Source: a virus (lineage: Duplodnaviria; Caudoviricetes). Taken from it: a stretch of 64,000 nt of DNA. The stretch covers positions 79,494 to 143,493 of the IMG/VR virus record IMGVR_UViG_3300033120_000868; one strand, 5' to 3'. The position numbers were made by a program, and so were the translations under genes. The notes under the pieces are model-generated. The model ran no database searches. It was not told the origin of the DNA and was given only the letters and a program-made list of their open reading frames with translations. Position 1 is the stretch's first letter. Each line of letters starts with the position of its first letter. Positions 1 to 12,100 of the stretch are shown here, in pieces.

Positions 1-303
1 AAACCTAAAAGCAGATTAGACTTACAAGATGATTATTTTACTTTAGATTTTAAAACGTATGCTTATTTTAGAGATACAAATGGTGATGTTTATACAAAAG
101 AAGTTGGAGAAATAGCTAGAGCTAAAACAATGTCTAACATGGTAAAAACTCTACCAAAAGCAGAACAAGAAAGAGTAAAACAAGCATGGACAAAGCAACC
201 AGCAGATTACTTTGAAAGTGAAAATTTTGAGAAAGTTGTACCAAACGTAGGAACAAGTTCGCGAACAAAACAAGGTAAGAAAAATAAAGATAAAGAGTGT
301 TAA
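1..303 (+). CDS. C-terminal end of an upstream large protein (partial)
   Basis: Frame 1 open from window start to TAA at 301-303, ending ...KENKDKEC; followed by a terminator. Confidence 0.75.
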   Translation, partial: KPKSRLDLQDDYFTLDFKTYAYFRDTNGDVYTKEVGEIARAKTMSNMVKTLPKAEQERVKQAWTKQPADYFESENFEKVVPNVGTSSRTKQGKKNKDKEC

Positions 304-310
304 AGAGAGA

Positions 311-335
311 GGAGTTCAGAAATGAGCTCCTTTTT
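311..335 (+). terminator. Rho-independent terminator
   Basis: GGAGTTCA-GAAA-TGAGCTCC hairpin plus T run. Confidence 0.8.
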
Positions 336-369
336 AACTTATTTTAATATTTAATTTTTTTGTTGTATA

Positions 370-401
370 TTTGCGTATCAAAAAATAAAATTGTATATTT
401 G
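370..401 (+). promoter_or_regulatory. Bacteroidota-type sigma70 promoter
   Basis: TTTG(370)-N20-TATATTTG(394) just upstream of ORF 418. Confidence 0.75.
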
Positions 402-417
402 CATAAAATTAAGATAA

Positions 418-3400
418 ATGAACTGTAGAATAATTTACAAAGATAGTAAAATAGACCACGTACAAGCTGAAAATGGAGAAAGAAGTATTCTTTTTGATTC
501 TCTTAAAGATATTTTTGGCGCGGAAAAAGCTTTAGAATTGTATGCTTTAACTGAAGAAGACGGCTACAAACAAAAAATACAAGAAAAAGTAAGAAGTTTT
601 GTAGGAGTTACAGAAAAACAAATAGATAAACTATCTGAAGCAATTGATGCACAAGAAACATTAAATAAACTTGTAGAAACAGGTTTAGCTGATAACGTAT
701 ATCAAATGACTTCTGAAGAGATAGAAGCTAAGTTAGTTGAACTTGGAGTGGAAGCTGATGTGGCTAAACAGGTAGCTCAGTCAGGAGGATATTATTCTAA
801 CGCTAATACTGCATTTGCAAATTTAAAAGACAAAAATGTTAAAAATGTACAAGGTTGGATGAAAGCCCTAACTGACGTACAAAAAAATGGCGGAATAAAA
901 AATGTAAATCAAGAACTTGAATGGATAGGTCTTGAAGATTATTTAAATAACTACGTAAAAGAAAACAACCCAAAAGCAGGTAACATCCCTTCTTCTGTGG
1001 TTGAAGATTATATTAAGTCAAATCAGATTGAGATTGTTGATGTTACTAAGGGAAACAATATTGTACAACAAGAGATTGAAGATAACAGTAAAAGATTAGA
1101 TTTCATCATTAACGAGTTAGATAATAAATATCTTTTTGATGAAAGCGGTAATAGAGTTCACTATATTAAAGATGAGAATCTACCAAAAGAAGCTGTAGCT
1201 TTAATAATTGAGAGAGAAGAACTTAAAAAAAGAAACAGAGAACTTTTAAAATTAAATCAGAAAGACACAAAATACTCAGGATACCAACTAAAAGGAGCAG
1301 AAAACTACAGAGAGGTATTGTTAACAGTTCCAAAAATAGGGCAAGAAAAAAACAGACAAAACCAAATAGATTTTGTAGATTCATTAAAGAAAAAATATAA
1401 TGTTAATACTGTTATAGATTTAGATAAAGTTGTAAATGATGAGGAAAGAACTAAATGGGAAGAATTAACGACCAAAGCAAATATATCTCCTGAAAAGGAT
1501 AATAAATATTTTAGTAGTCATTGGGAGGAAGCTAATATTTTAGCTCACGTAAGGTTAAATGAAAAAACTTTACCTGATGGACGTAAAGTGTTGATTGTTA
1601 ATGAAATTCAATCAGATTGGGCACAACAGGGGAGAAAGGAAGGATTTAAAAGAACAAAACAAGCTCAAAATGAACTTATAGCAGAGCATAGAAAAGTATT
1701 ACAAGATTTAGAAGAATTAGACGTACAAATAATCGATGCAGTAGATAATAAAAAACCTAATATTTTAGAACTAGGAGAAAAGAAAGCGGAATTAATTAAA
1801 AAATCAGATGAATTAAGAAGTGATATTTTTAAACCTCGTGCTCCTCAAATGCCTTATAAAAACACAGACCAATGGACTGGAATTGTTGTAAGAAGAGTGA
1901 TGCAAATGGCTTCACAAGAAGGTTATGATGGAATTGCTTTTGCTACAGGTCAACAGTCTGCTGATATGTATAGTTTATCTAATCAAGTTGAAGTTCTGTA
2001 TTACAAAAAGAATGAAGATGGAACTTATGAAGTAGATGCTGATTTAAAAAATGGAGATAATAGAAACATTGGCGAATCTGTAACAGAAGATAAACTTGCA
2101 GACTATGTAGGTAAAGAGGTTGCAAACAAAATTATTGCAGGAGAAGGTACAAACTCCCCATCTCGAATGGATGAAGGTTATAAGTTTTTAAAAGGTTTAG
2201 AACTTGAAGTCGGAGGAGAAGGTATGAAAACTTTCTATGATAAGATTGTACCTAAAGTAGTTCAAAAAGAAGCTCAAAGATTTGATAAAAACGCTAAGTT
2301 AGAGACTGTCGATTTTAGTGATAATTTTACTTTTAGTAAGAAAGAGTTAGATGATTACACGAATTATTTACTAAACAAATATAATTTAGATAAGACAGGG
2401 AGGTATAGAATATTAATAGGGAAAAATGCAACAACAGAAGAAGTAGCTAAATATAAAAACTTATTAGAGAATTTTAGAAAAGATAATGATAGTAAGACAT
2501 CTCAAGGTGATAAACTATCTTTAGGAGTACAACCATACTTACCACTAACACAAGCTATAAAAGATTCAGTTAATCAAGGTATACCTCAATTCCAAAAATC
2601 AGGAATAACTCCAATTACAAACGGGTTTATTTATAAGAATGATGTATATTTAAATAAGAATGCAGATGAATCTACAATGGTACATGAGTTTAACCATTTA
2701 TACAACAATTGGTTAAAACAAAACCGTCCTGAAGTTTATAAGAAAGGTTTAGATTTAATTAAGGAGGAGTTAAAAAAGAAGAACAGTGAAATCCAAGACA
2801 TAATCAATTTTGTAAAAACTAATCAACCAAAATTAGAAGGAGATGCACTTTTAGAAGAGATTATTACCGAAATGGTCGGAAGGAAAGGGCTTGAATTATT
2901 AAATGAGCAAAAAGATAAAGTAAAAAGCTCAGGAATAATTGACTATTTAAAACAAGTTTGGCAAGAAATTAAAAATATGTTAGGATTATCATCTTACACA
3001 GATGAACAAATCCTAAACATGAATTTACAAGATTTTGCCAACGCTTCTGCTGTAGATTTATTGAGTGGAGAAAACATAGGAAGATTCTCAACAGATAGTA
3101 ATGACATTAGGTTTAGTCAAACTATACCAACATTTAAAGGAAATGCTGATATAGAGAGAATAAAAAAACTTAATAAAAAAGGAAACGAAGATGGAGCAAC
3201 ATTTAATTTAGATGGAAGTACTTATGATAAGGGAGGTTTAATTATACCTGTAATTAGTTTAAATACTACTCAAAAGGAGTTATCGAAAGAGCTTATAGAA
3301 AAGTTTATTCAGGAAAATTCAAGTAAGATTGGAGCTGATAATATTAAAGTAGGTATTTTTAAGTTTGAAGATTCTAATGAAGTATCTATAGATTTAAATG

Positions 3401-6144
3401 TAGTAGTAGATGCTAAGTATAGAGACATAGGTTTAACTTTTGGAAAGTATGCAGGACAAGAATCTTTATTTGATTTAAGTACTTTTTTACCTGCAAAAAC
3501 AGGTGCAGATGGTAAGAACCCTAAAAATTTCACAGATGAGGAGTTTAGGGATATTGCTAATAGCTTATCAGAAGGTAAGTTACCTAGCTTTTTAAATTTA
3601 TCTCCGCAAACTTCTACAAATTATGCAAATTTAACAGAAGATGGAGAAGGAAACTTTGTATTTTACCATGTAGGAGGTAAAGGATATGATGTAATAAAAA
3701 GAGGTACAGGACAAAACACAGCAACAAGCAGAGAAGAAGCAACAGCTATAAACAGAGTAGGTGGAGTAGCAATGTATTATCCTGCTGAAAATGTTCAAGA
3801 GTCTATGTTTTCAGGAGAAGCTAAGTATTTAGTAAAAGTTCCTCAAGAGAAAGTTTACGACTTTAATAGAGACACTTTAAATTTATTAGACGAAGCTGAG
3901 CAAATGTTTAGAAAGCAGTTTCCTAATCAAGCTTTTGATAAAAACTCTAAGTTAGCTTTTGTAACTAAAATCGCTAATGAAAAAGGATTTGATGCAGTTG
4001 TAGCTAATTGGGATAATACAACAAGAGTTCAAACAACTAAAGAGTTGAAACCTTTAGATGAGCAAATTACAGAAGGTAATAAAATTGTTAAAGATTTTTC
4101 CGCCGAAAATAAATTTAAATCAAATAAAGATAAAGGTTGGCAAGTTGTCCCAACAGTTATGCAAAGCAAGCTATTAAAAGACGTATATGATAAAATAGAT
4201 ACTTTAGTAGGAAACGACTTTTCAAATCCTTTGTATAGAGTTAGAGAAATGGCAGGGTATACTTTTGAAGACAGATTTGCACCATTTAAATCTCAAGATG
4301 AGATAACGGATGTAGTAGAAAAATCAGACCTTCCTCAAGAAGTGAAAGATGAGTACAATCAAGCAGTTAACTCCAAAGACAAGCTAGGATATTCAAAATT
4401 GACTAAAAAACCTTCTTTAAAGATAGACATAAGAGAAGTTAACGGAAGATTAGTTGTTGAAACTTTAGTAAATGAGACTAAAGCAGGTGCGTTGAGAATG
4501 TTGCCTTATGAAGATGGTTATAAAGTAGAGTCAGTTATAGTGTACGATAAGTATCAAAATAGACGTTTGGGGACACGATTGTATCAAGAAGCTATAAAGT
4601 TTCTATTGAAGAGTCAAACTCCTTTATACTCTCTTAAAGTACGTAGTGAAAATGCTAAAAAGATTTGGGACAAGTTTGTAGAAATAGGTGTGGCTCAAAA
4701 AGTAGGTGAAGATTATATTGCACCAAATAAAGGAGGATTGGATAAGAACAATGAGGCAAATCCTTCTGATGTAATGCAATATGCAAACACAACAGATGAA
4801 AAACTGTCAAAAGAAGAAACAGCAGAAGCTATCGACTTAACAGTTTCTTTAGGAGTTGAATCAAGCCAAGAAGCTGTAGCTATTTTAAAGGATACGTTCT
4901 TAGAAAACAACTCTTTTGTGTTTGATAAAAAGAAAATGAAAAAATCAGGGTTTAATGATTATGAAATTACAAAGATATTAGTTGATGTAAATTTACAGAA
5001 TCAAATTAAGAACAACTTGGCAAAATTAGAGAACATGGATTTTTCTGTACCTCTAATGGACGTTCAAACAACACCTGAAATTGGAATTTTTGGAAAACAA
5101 AAAGTAAAACCGAAAGTTAAAACTGTAAATGTAAAAACAGTAAACGAACAAGGAGAAGTAATAGATAAAGTTTCAGATACAAAAGAGTTATTAAGAAAAA
5201 CTTATCCTGATACTTTACCAACAGAAATTCCACAAATAATAAGTAGTCTTTTAAAAGCTTCTGAAAGTGTAGTTAATAAGTATAATGATTTATTTTATAA
5301 TACTTTAGATGATTTAAAAGATGTTGCTTTAGATTTAGGTGTAGATTTAAAAGATATTGAGAATAGAGTGTTTCCTTTAGAAAACTTTAAATCTTTTGTA
5401 AACTCTTTAATGAATTATTATACAAATCCAAGTGATGCTTTTGCTGAAGTTTATGATGAGTTTTTTGAGAATTATGGCGTGGAAAAAGCTACTAAACCAA
5501 CAATATCAACTCCATATACAGAATATGAGTTATTTGATAAATTCAATTTAGTAAGAAACGGAGACGAATATGTTAAAGTTGAAGATGTAGAAATCGAACC
5601 GTCTGCTGAAAGACAAGCTAAAATTCCACAATTAGAAGTAGAAGATTTTGCTGTTGATTTTGATAAATTAGAGAAATTAGTTTATCATAAAGAGCAGTTA
5701 GGAGTTGAAATGAAAACTTTACAGAAGCCTTTAGTTGAAGAGATTAATCTTAGAGAAGTTAAGAAAAATCCTTACTTAAAAGCAACTTCTGAAGGTGTAA
5801 AATTAGTAAGCGAAGACCCTCTAACAGCTCAAAAAGCAGAGTTATATGGGTACGAGCCAAAAGTGGCGGAAAAACAACCTAAAAAGATAGAAACAGATTA
5901 TTCTTTAATCCAAGATGTATTAGTAACACAACTAACTTCCGAAAATAAAGTAAGAACACCAAAAGGTAACTTTACTAAATTTATGGACGACAATAATAAA
6001 TCAGTGTTTTTATTAGACGGTTCAAAACAAAGTACAGTAGATTTAGAAGGATATTTATCTAAAGCGGACAACACACCAAAAATCGAGGCTAAAAAATTAT
6101 ACTCAAAAGAAGAATATGAAAATAATTTTGGATGTTTAAATTAA
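418..6144 (+). CDS. Giant polyvalent phage protein, probably virion-associated/ejected
   Basis: 1908 aa; block SSHW..NILAHVR..VNEIQSDW..GYDGIAF..FYDKIVP typical of phage large polyvalent proteins; HEFNH zincin motif; GNAT-like segment (VIVYDKYQNRRLGTRLY). Confidence 0.75.
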   Translation: MNCRIIYKDSKIDHVQAENGERSILFDSLKDIFGAEKALELYALTEEDGYKQKIQEKVRSFVGVTEKQIDKLSEAIDAQETLNKLVETGLADNVYQMTSEEIEAKLVELGVEADVAKQVAQSGGYYSNANTAFANLKDKNVKNVQGWMKALTDVQKNGGIKNVNQELEWIGLEDYLNNYVKENNPKAGNIPSSVVEDYIKSNQIEIVDVTKGNNIVQQEIEDNSKRLDFIINELDNKYLFDESGNRVHYIKDENLPKEAVALIIEREELKKRNRELLKLNQKDTKYSGYQLKGAENYREVLLTVPKIGQEKNRQNQIDFVDSLKKKYNVNTVIDLDKVVNDEERTKWEELTTKANISPEKDNKYFSSHWEEANILAHVRLNEKTLPDGRKVLIVNEIQSDWAQQGRKEGFKRTKQAQNELIAEHRKVLQDLEELDVQIIDAVDNKKPNILELGEKKAELIKKSDELRSDIFKPRAPQMPYKNTDQWTGIVVRRVMQMASQEGYDGIAFATGQQSADMYSLSNQVEVLYYKKNEDGTYEVDADLKNGDNRNIGESVTEDKLADYVGKEVANKIIAGEGTNSPSRMDEGYKFLKGLELEVGGEGMKTFYDKIVPKVVQKEAQRFDKNAKLETVDFSDNFTFSKKELDDYTNYLLNKYNLDKTGRYRILIGKNATTEEVAKYKNLLENFRKDNDSKTSQGDKLSLGVQPYLPLTQAIKDSVNQGIPQFQKSGITPITNGFIYKNDVYLNKNADESTMVHEFNHLYNNWLKQNRPEVYKKGLDLIKEELKKKNSEIQDIINFVKTNQPKLEGDALLEEIITEMVGRKGLELLNEQKDKVKSSGIIDYLKQVWQEIKNMLGLSSYTDEQILNMNLQDFANASAVDLLSGENIGRFSTDSNDIRFSQTIPTFKGNADIERIKKLNKKGNEDGATFNLDGSTYDKGGLIIPVISLNTTQKELSKELIEKFIQENSSKIGADNIKVGIFKFEDSNEVSIDLNVVVDAKYRDIGLTFGKYAGQESLFDLSTFLPAKTGADGKNPKNFTDEEFRDIANSLSEGKLPSFLNLSPQTSTNYANLTEDGEGNFVFYHVGGKGYDVIKRGTGQNTATSREEATAINRVGGVAMYYPAENVQESMFSGEAKYLVKVPQEKVYDFNRDTLNLLDEAEQMFRKQFPNQAFDKNSKLAFVTKIANEKGFDAVVANWDNTTRVQTTKELKPLDEQITEGNKIVKDFSAENKFKSNKDKGWQVVPTVMQSKLLKDVYDKIDTLVGNDFSNPLYRVREMAGYTFEDRFAPFKSQDEITDVVEKSDLPQEVKDEYNQAVNSKDKLGYSKLTKKPSLKIDIREVNGRLVVETLVNETKAGALRMLPYEDGYKVESVIVYDKYQNRRLGTRLYQEAIKFLLKSQTPLYSLKVRSENAKKIWDKFVEIGVAQKVGEDYIAPNKGGLDKNNEANPSDVMQYANTTDEKLSKEETAEAIDLTVSLGVESSQEAVAILKDTFLENNSFVFDKKKMKKSGFNDYEITKILVDVNLQNQIKNNLAKLENMDFSVPLMDVQTTPEIGIFGKQKVKPKVKTVNVKTVNEQGEVIDKVSDTKELLRKTYPDTLPTEIPQIISSLLKASESVVNKYNDLFYNTLDDLKDVALDLGVDLKDIENRVFPLENFKSFVNSLMNYYTNPSDAFAEVYDEFFENYGVEKATKPTISTPYTEYELFDKFNLVRNGDEYVKVEDVEIEPSAERQAKIPQLEVEDFAVDFDKLEKLVYHKEQLGVEMKTLQKPLVEEINLREVKKNPYLKATSEGVKLVSEDPLTAQKAELYGYEPKVAEKQPKKIETDYSLIQDVLVTQLTSENKVRTPKGNFTKFMDDNNKSVFLLDGSKQSTVDLEGYLSKADNTPKIEAKKLYSKEEYENNFGCLN

Positions 6145-6158
6145 TTTTCATATCTTTG
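6127..6158 (+). promoter_or_regulatory. Bacteroidota-type promoter
   Basis: TTTG-N20-TATCTTTG upstream of ORF 6186. Confidence 0.7.
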
Positions 6159-6185
6159 CAAAATAAAATAACAAAAATAATATAA

Positions 6186-9100
6186 ATGGCTTGTAAATTA
6201 GTATACAACAATGAAGGACAATTTGTGAAGGCTCTAACTCCTGATGGGAGAGAGTCTTCCTTATTTAAACAAATTTTAAGTATTCCGCACATTAGAAGTG
6301 TAAAGGAAGCTTCTGAACTATATGCAAATATTTTCTCTAAGAAAATGTATTCTATTATGGGAGAAAAAGGAGCTCAAAACTTAGATAAAGCTCAAGAAGT
6401 TACATTCCGTATGGATAATCTTCGTATTGCTAAAGAAATGGAGAAAGAAAATAAATCTCCAAAAGAAATAAAATTAGCAACGGGGTGGGAAAGAAGTGAA
6501 GTAGATAATAAATTCAGGTATGAGATTTTAGACGGAAGTTTTTCTAATTTAAATTATGAAAGAAATCAACCTCATGGTACTTTTACAAACGGAGTAGGTG
6601 TCTTACCTTTATCTGAAATATATCAAAATAAGGAACTATTTGACGCTTATCCAAATATAGAAAATAGTTCTGTAGTCATATACTCAACAGATAACCCTGT
6701 ATTTGACCAAGCTACTATGTTTAATTTTCAAAATACTATATTTATAAATGAAAGAAAATCAATTACCACAAATACCGAAGGACTTCATACCCTCACCAAC
6801 CAGGGGAGAAGAGTATTATTACACGAATTATCCCACTCTGTTCAAAATATTGAAGGATTTGGAAGAGGAGATAATCCTGCAACAATGGCAACAAGAATTA
6901 AAGATGCCCTTAATGAATTTAAAAGCGAGAATAAGACAGTTGATGAAATAAAGCCAAATACTATTTTAAACACTTTAAAAAATATAGGTGTTGACTTTTC
7001 TTTTGGATTAGATGATTTTTCTATAGACTATATAGCACAGAATTATTCTGAAGACTTATACGAAAGAGTTTCAGGAGAAGTTGAAGCAAATAACGTATCA
7101 AAAAGATTTGGAATGAGTTTAGAAGAAAGAAGAAATTCCCTTTTTTCAGAGACACAAGACGTATCTACAGAAGACCAAATATTTTTAGAAAATAATTTAG
7201 GAGTGAGTTCAAAAGTAGAACCACAACTAAACTTCCAATCAGATAAAGGAAATACATTCAAAACTTTCAAAGAAGCTTTAAAAGATTCTACAGGAGGTGA
7301 TATGAACGTGTTATTTGATGACCAAGTAGTTGGAGTAATTAACAGTGAGCAAAATTTAGATACTTTTGGAGGAACAGTAAACCATTTAATTGCAAGTAAT
7401 ATTTTATCAGAAAACACTATTGTAGAAAACGGTAAAGTTTATTTAAAAGCAGAAGGTTTTGACCCTCTAAAACAACTTATTAATGAAGACTACTTAAAAG
7501 AATATTTCCCACTATCAAAAATTACAAGAGACGGTAAAGTGGAAGTATTAGAAAGAGTAGAACCTTCTGTTATTAGAGATGTATTTAGGACTTTCTCGCC
7601 AAGTGAAGGACAACTTTCGGAAGAAACATTAAAAGACAGAATGTTAAATTTCTTAAAAGAGGTTGGCATCACTGTAACTTCTATTGATAATTATGTAAAA
7701 GCTTATAAGATTAGAAATGGTGTTGCACCAGGAGCTGAAGCTATTGCAGACTTTGCTAATCAAGTAATTGCGTTTAAAGATGGAGAAATAGAAATTGACA
7801 AACTTTCAGAAGAAACAGCTCACTTTATTATTGAGAATTGGGATGAAGCTGAGATTAGAAATCTTACACGTAATATTCACAAAACTCAAACTTTTGCTGA
7901 GTTCTATCAACAATATTATGAGATTTATCAAAGAGAGAATCCTGAAATGTCTGCCGAAGAATTAGATTTTTTCACAAGAAAAGAAATTTTAGGAAAAGAG
8001 TTAGCAAAAAGTTTACAAGATAGATTTGATGCTACAAATAAAGAGCCTAACATTCTTAAAAGAATTTATGAACTTTTTGCTAAATTTATCAGTAGTTTAA
8101 CAACTCAAGGTAATTATAAAGCTCAGTTAGAAGATTTAACTGAGAAGGTTGATGATTTATTATTAAGAAAAGATGCAGGAGCTGTTTTTCAATTGAAAAA
8201 TAAAAAGTTTAGAATGTACTCATTGCCTCAAACTAATGTAGTTAAGGCGGTAGCGGAACAAGAAAAACTTTTAGCAAGAACAGGGCAAGGCTCTAATAAA
8301 ACAGCAAAAGAGGTTTTGGATAGCGTTTCAAAAGCCGCGGAAAAAGCTACAACGGATAGTGTAGTTACTTTAGCTAAAAGACAGGTAAAATATGTTAAAG
8401 AAGCCGTAGATGCAGCCGTTAGAAGAGGAAGACCTCTTTCAACAGAAGAGTCATTAGTTTTAAACAACTTAACTCATGCGGTTAGACCTGCTTTAGAAGG
8501 ATTACAAGCTTTTATAAAGAATAAGTCGGAATATAAAAAACAAGCAGACGTAGTTGAAAAAACTTTATCTGAGATTTCTATGATTTCAGGCTCTTATAAT
8601 AACGCGGAAAACAATTTAGTAGACCAATTATTAGACAGAATTATTGAAAGAAATCCTGGATTAGAAAGTAAAAGAGACCAATTAAAAGCAGAAATAGAAA
8701 CAGTACAAAGGGATACTAATTACATGTATTCTTACTTTGGACAGGTTTCTCACGCTTCTGACCCAATTCTACAAATGTTAGCTGTTGTAGGTAGTGATAT
8801 TTACAATGAAGCGAGGATAAACTATAACGAGCGTCAAATGGCGTTTAATAGAAAAATAAAAGAACTAGGATTTGTAGAAAGAGATGTGAACAAGTTAGTT
8901 GGCAGTGATGGTCATATTATCTCTAAGTGGGATTTTGAAGAATTTGCAGAATTTGAAAGATATGCAAGAGGTAAAGCTTATTTAGATAATGTTGATGCTA
9001 TTATAGCAGATTTAGAATCAAGACCTGTAGAAAACCAAGATAATTTAGAAGAGCATAAAGCTTATAAAGCAATGTCTCAAGAAGAGTTTTTAGAAAAATT

Positions 9101-12100
9101 TGAATATTTCCCTGCAATTACAAATAAAGTTTTGGCAGCAAGAACTTCAGCTCAAGCAACAGAGATTATAAATCAAGGAGAAGAAACTACTTTATCAGAC
9201 GAAGAAGTACAAAAGAGAATTACAAACAATGCAAATTTAAGTGATGTAACTAAAGCTACAATAAGAGGCTTTATGGAGACAAGAGCTATGATTCGTAAAA
9301 ACATGAAAACTTCTTCTTCAGGCACTAAAATTTATACGTTACAGAACAGACACGATATGGAGTATTTGAATATGGAGCGTAGAAAAGCTATGTCAATTTA
9401 TAAGACAGAAAACGCTAAGGAAGTTAAGCAAGGACTATCCACTTCAACTGCCAAAATTGGGCAAGAAAATTTATTTTTAGAAATTGAAAATCAGTATTTA
9501 AATTTAGATAGAGCTAACGCGTCGGATGAAGCAATTATAGCTTTTGAAATGCTAAGACAGCAGAAAGAGTTCATGTCTAAAAACACTTCAAGACTTTCAG
9601 GAGTTACAGAAAAATTCATGCAGGATTTAGAAGATATGGAAAAAGACCCTGAAGTGACAAGAGAAGATTTAATAGATTTTATTAAACTTAACACTTCTGT
9701 AGGGTTTTCTGATTCATTTTTTGAAGGGGAATTTACTTCTGTTTTTGATACAATAGAGAATGATGTAAATACACCTGATGAGTTACAAGACACTTTAATT
9801 TTATATAAGGAAGCTTTAAAAGAAAGAAAAGCTATTTTAGCTAGGTATAGAGACCCAAACAATGCAACAAATGTTTTGACCCATAACATGAATGATTTAG
9901 ATTTGTATAACCTTGAACAACTTACAATAGAGTTAGAGGGACAAACTAAAACATTACTGGACTATGCTAAAAAACAAGGATTAACTTCAGAGCAAGCAGA
10001 AAAAAGAACAGTAAAAGCTCCAAATGAGTCTTATTATGAGGAATTGAAAACTCAAAATTTAGAAGATTTTGAAGATATATACAGTTTTACTATAAAACAC
10101 ATGACTCCAAAAGCTAAAATGGCTGTAGGGGCGTATAAATTAGCAATTGAATCAGGGAATATTCCTGAAAGAATGGAGTCTTTAGTTGTAGAATATGGGG
10201 CTAATGAAGAAGGTATTTTAAAATATGCTCAATCTAAAATGCTACCATATTACAGTTCAAATTCTCCTATAGGATTAGTAGAGTTTTATGACAATTTAAG
10301 AAATTCTCAAACAGCAGTTTCTGACCTTGTAAAAGGGTTAGATGCAGACCCTGATGTAAGACTTTCAGTTTCTTATGATTATTCTGATAGTACTTCTGAT
10401 GAAGCTTTAAATAAATTTAAAGACCCTGATTTTAGAGCCAACACAAGAGAGCCGTCTTTAAGAAAACCTGCTCCTACAGTATTTGGAAAAACATTCGATT
10501 TTAATAATAAGGAGTATAGTAAATTAACTCCTCAATTATTAGAATTGCAAAAAGCTTACTTAGACTTTCAAGAAGAAAATTTAAAAGGTTATGGTGTAGA
10601 AGCAAATTATAATATATATAAACTACCTCAAGTAGAAAGAGCAAATTTAGATAAGCTTAAAGGGTTTGGTAAAGACACAAAAGCTACTTTTAAGGAGTAT
10701 GTGGAAAGGATAACAACTCATAGAGTAGATGAGCAGGATTTTGGAGCAGATAGAGAAATGTTTAATGCGGGTATAAAAACAATACCTAAAAAATATTTAA
10801 GTAAATTAAACAAAGAAGAAGTATCGACAGATTTATTATATTCTTCAGCTTTACTTGCACAACAAGTAGAATTATATAAAGCAAGAGTTAAATATTTTGG
10901 AGAAATTTCAGCTTTAGAGAAGAAGTTACAGTCAAGACAGTTTATTGGAGGAAAACCTGTACAATCTTCAAATACTTATGCTATGTTTAAGTCGGCTGTA
11001 GACAATATGATGTTTGGAATACAAGAGACTCAACAGATGAGAGTTAGCGTTCCAATTTTAAATAAGGAGGTAGACTTATCTAAGGTTTTAAGAACCTTGC
11101 AAAGATACGTATCTAATCTGAGTTTAGCATTTAATCCTATTGTACCAGCAACTTCCATGCTAACAGCTATGTCAGCTTATGTAGCTGAACCATTTATAAA
11201 ACAGTATATAGACCCTGAAAGTTACAAGAAAGGGTCTATGACAGCTAAAAAATGGATGGGAGCAAGTATGAAGGATACAGGAAGTATTGATGTAAAATCG
11301 GATGCTGTAGCTGTAGGAAATCATTTTGGTATTTTTGATTTAGCTCAAAGGTATAAGAATGCAAATTATGAAAAGTTTGTGAGAACAGCAGTTGGTAACG
11401 CTTCTTATGGATTACACACAGTAGGTAATTTTATACCGCTAACTCAAGCTGTCGCAGTAACGCTTACAGCGCATAGATTTAGTAATAATAAATTAATTAC
11501 AAGAAAAGAGTTTGCAGGAACAGATGTTGAATGGGGCAGATTAAAAAGTGTAGCTGATTACATAGAAAATAGTAATGGGGAGATGACTTACAACTCAGAA
11601 ATGTTAAGAGAAAACGGCATAACACCTGAACAGTGGAAAAACATTGAGTTAGGGCTTATGTCAAGAGTTGGTAAGATTGTTGAACGAATTGATGGGCAGA
11701 TTAAAACTCAAGATAGAACAGTAGCGCAAAGAAATTTCTTACTGTCTTGGAGTATGCTTCATAAGGGGTGGTTAGCAATCGGTACAGCTAATGCTTTTAA
11801 AGGAAAGCAGATTAATATGTTAACAGGTCAAGTTGAGCAAGGAAAATATACAGGAGCATTAAGTTGGGCGATGAAATCAGCAGGTCAAAAATTTAATATT
11901 AAGAATATTAAAGATAAGTACGGAGAAGTAGATGAGGCTGATAAAGTTTCAGCAAGAAGAGTTTTAGTAGAGTCAGGGGTTTTAATGATATTAACTATTT
12001 TAGGATTTTTTATAGCGGCAGGTGCTGACGACGATGAAGAAAGTACAACAAAACAGCTTGCAAATTATTTAGCTTTAAGAACTAAAAATGAAACAATTTC

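Noticed and set aside
3309-9889. Short ORFs nested inside the two giant genes (mostly reverse strand)
   Set aside because: Shadows of long coding frames with no independent signals
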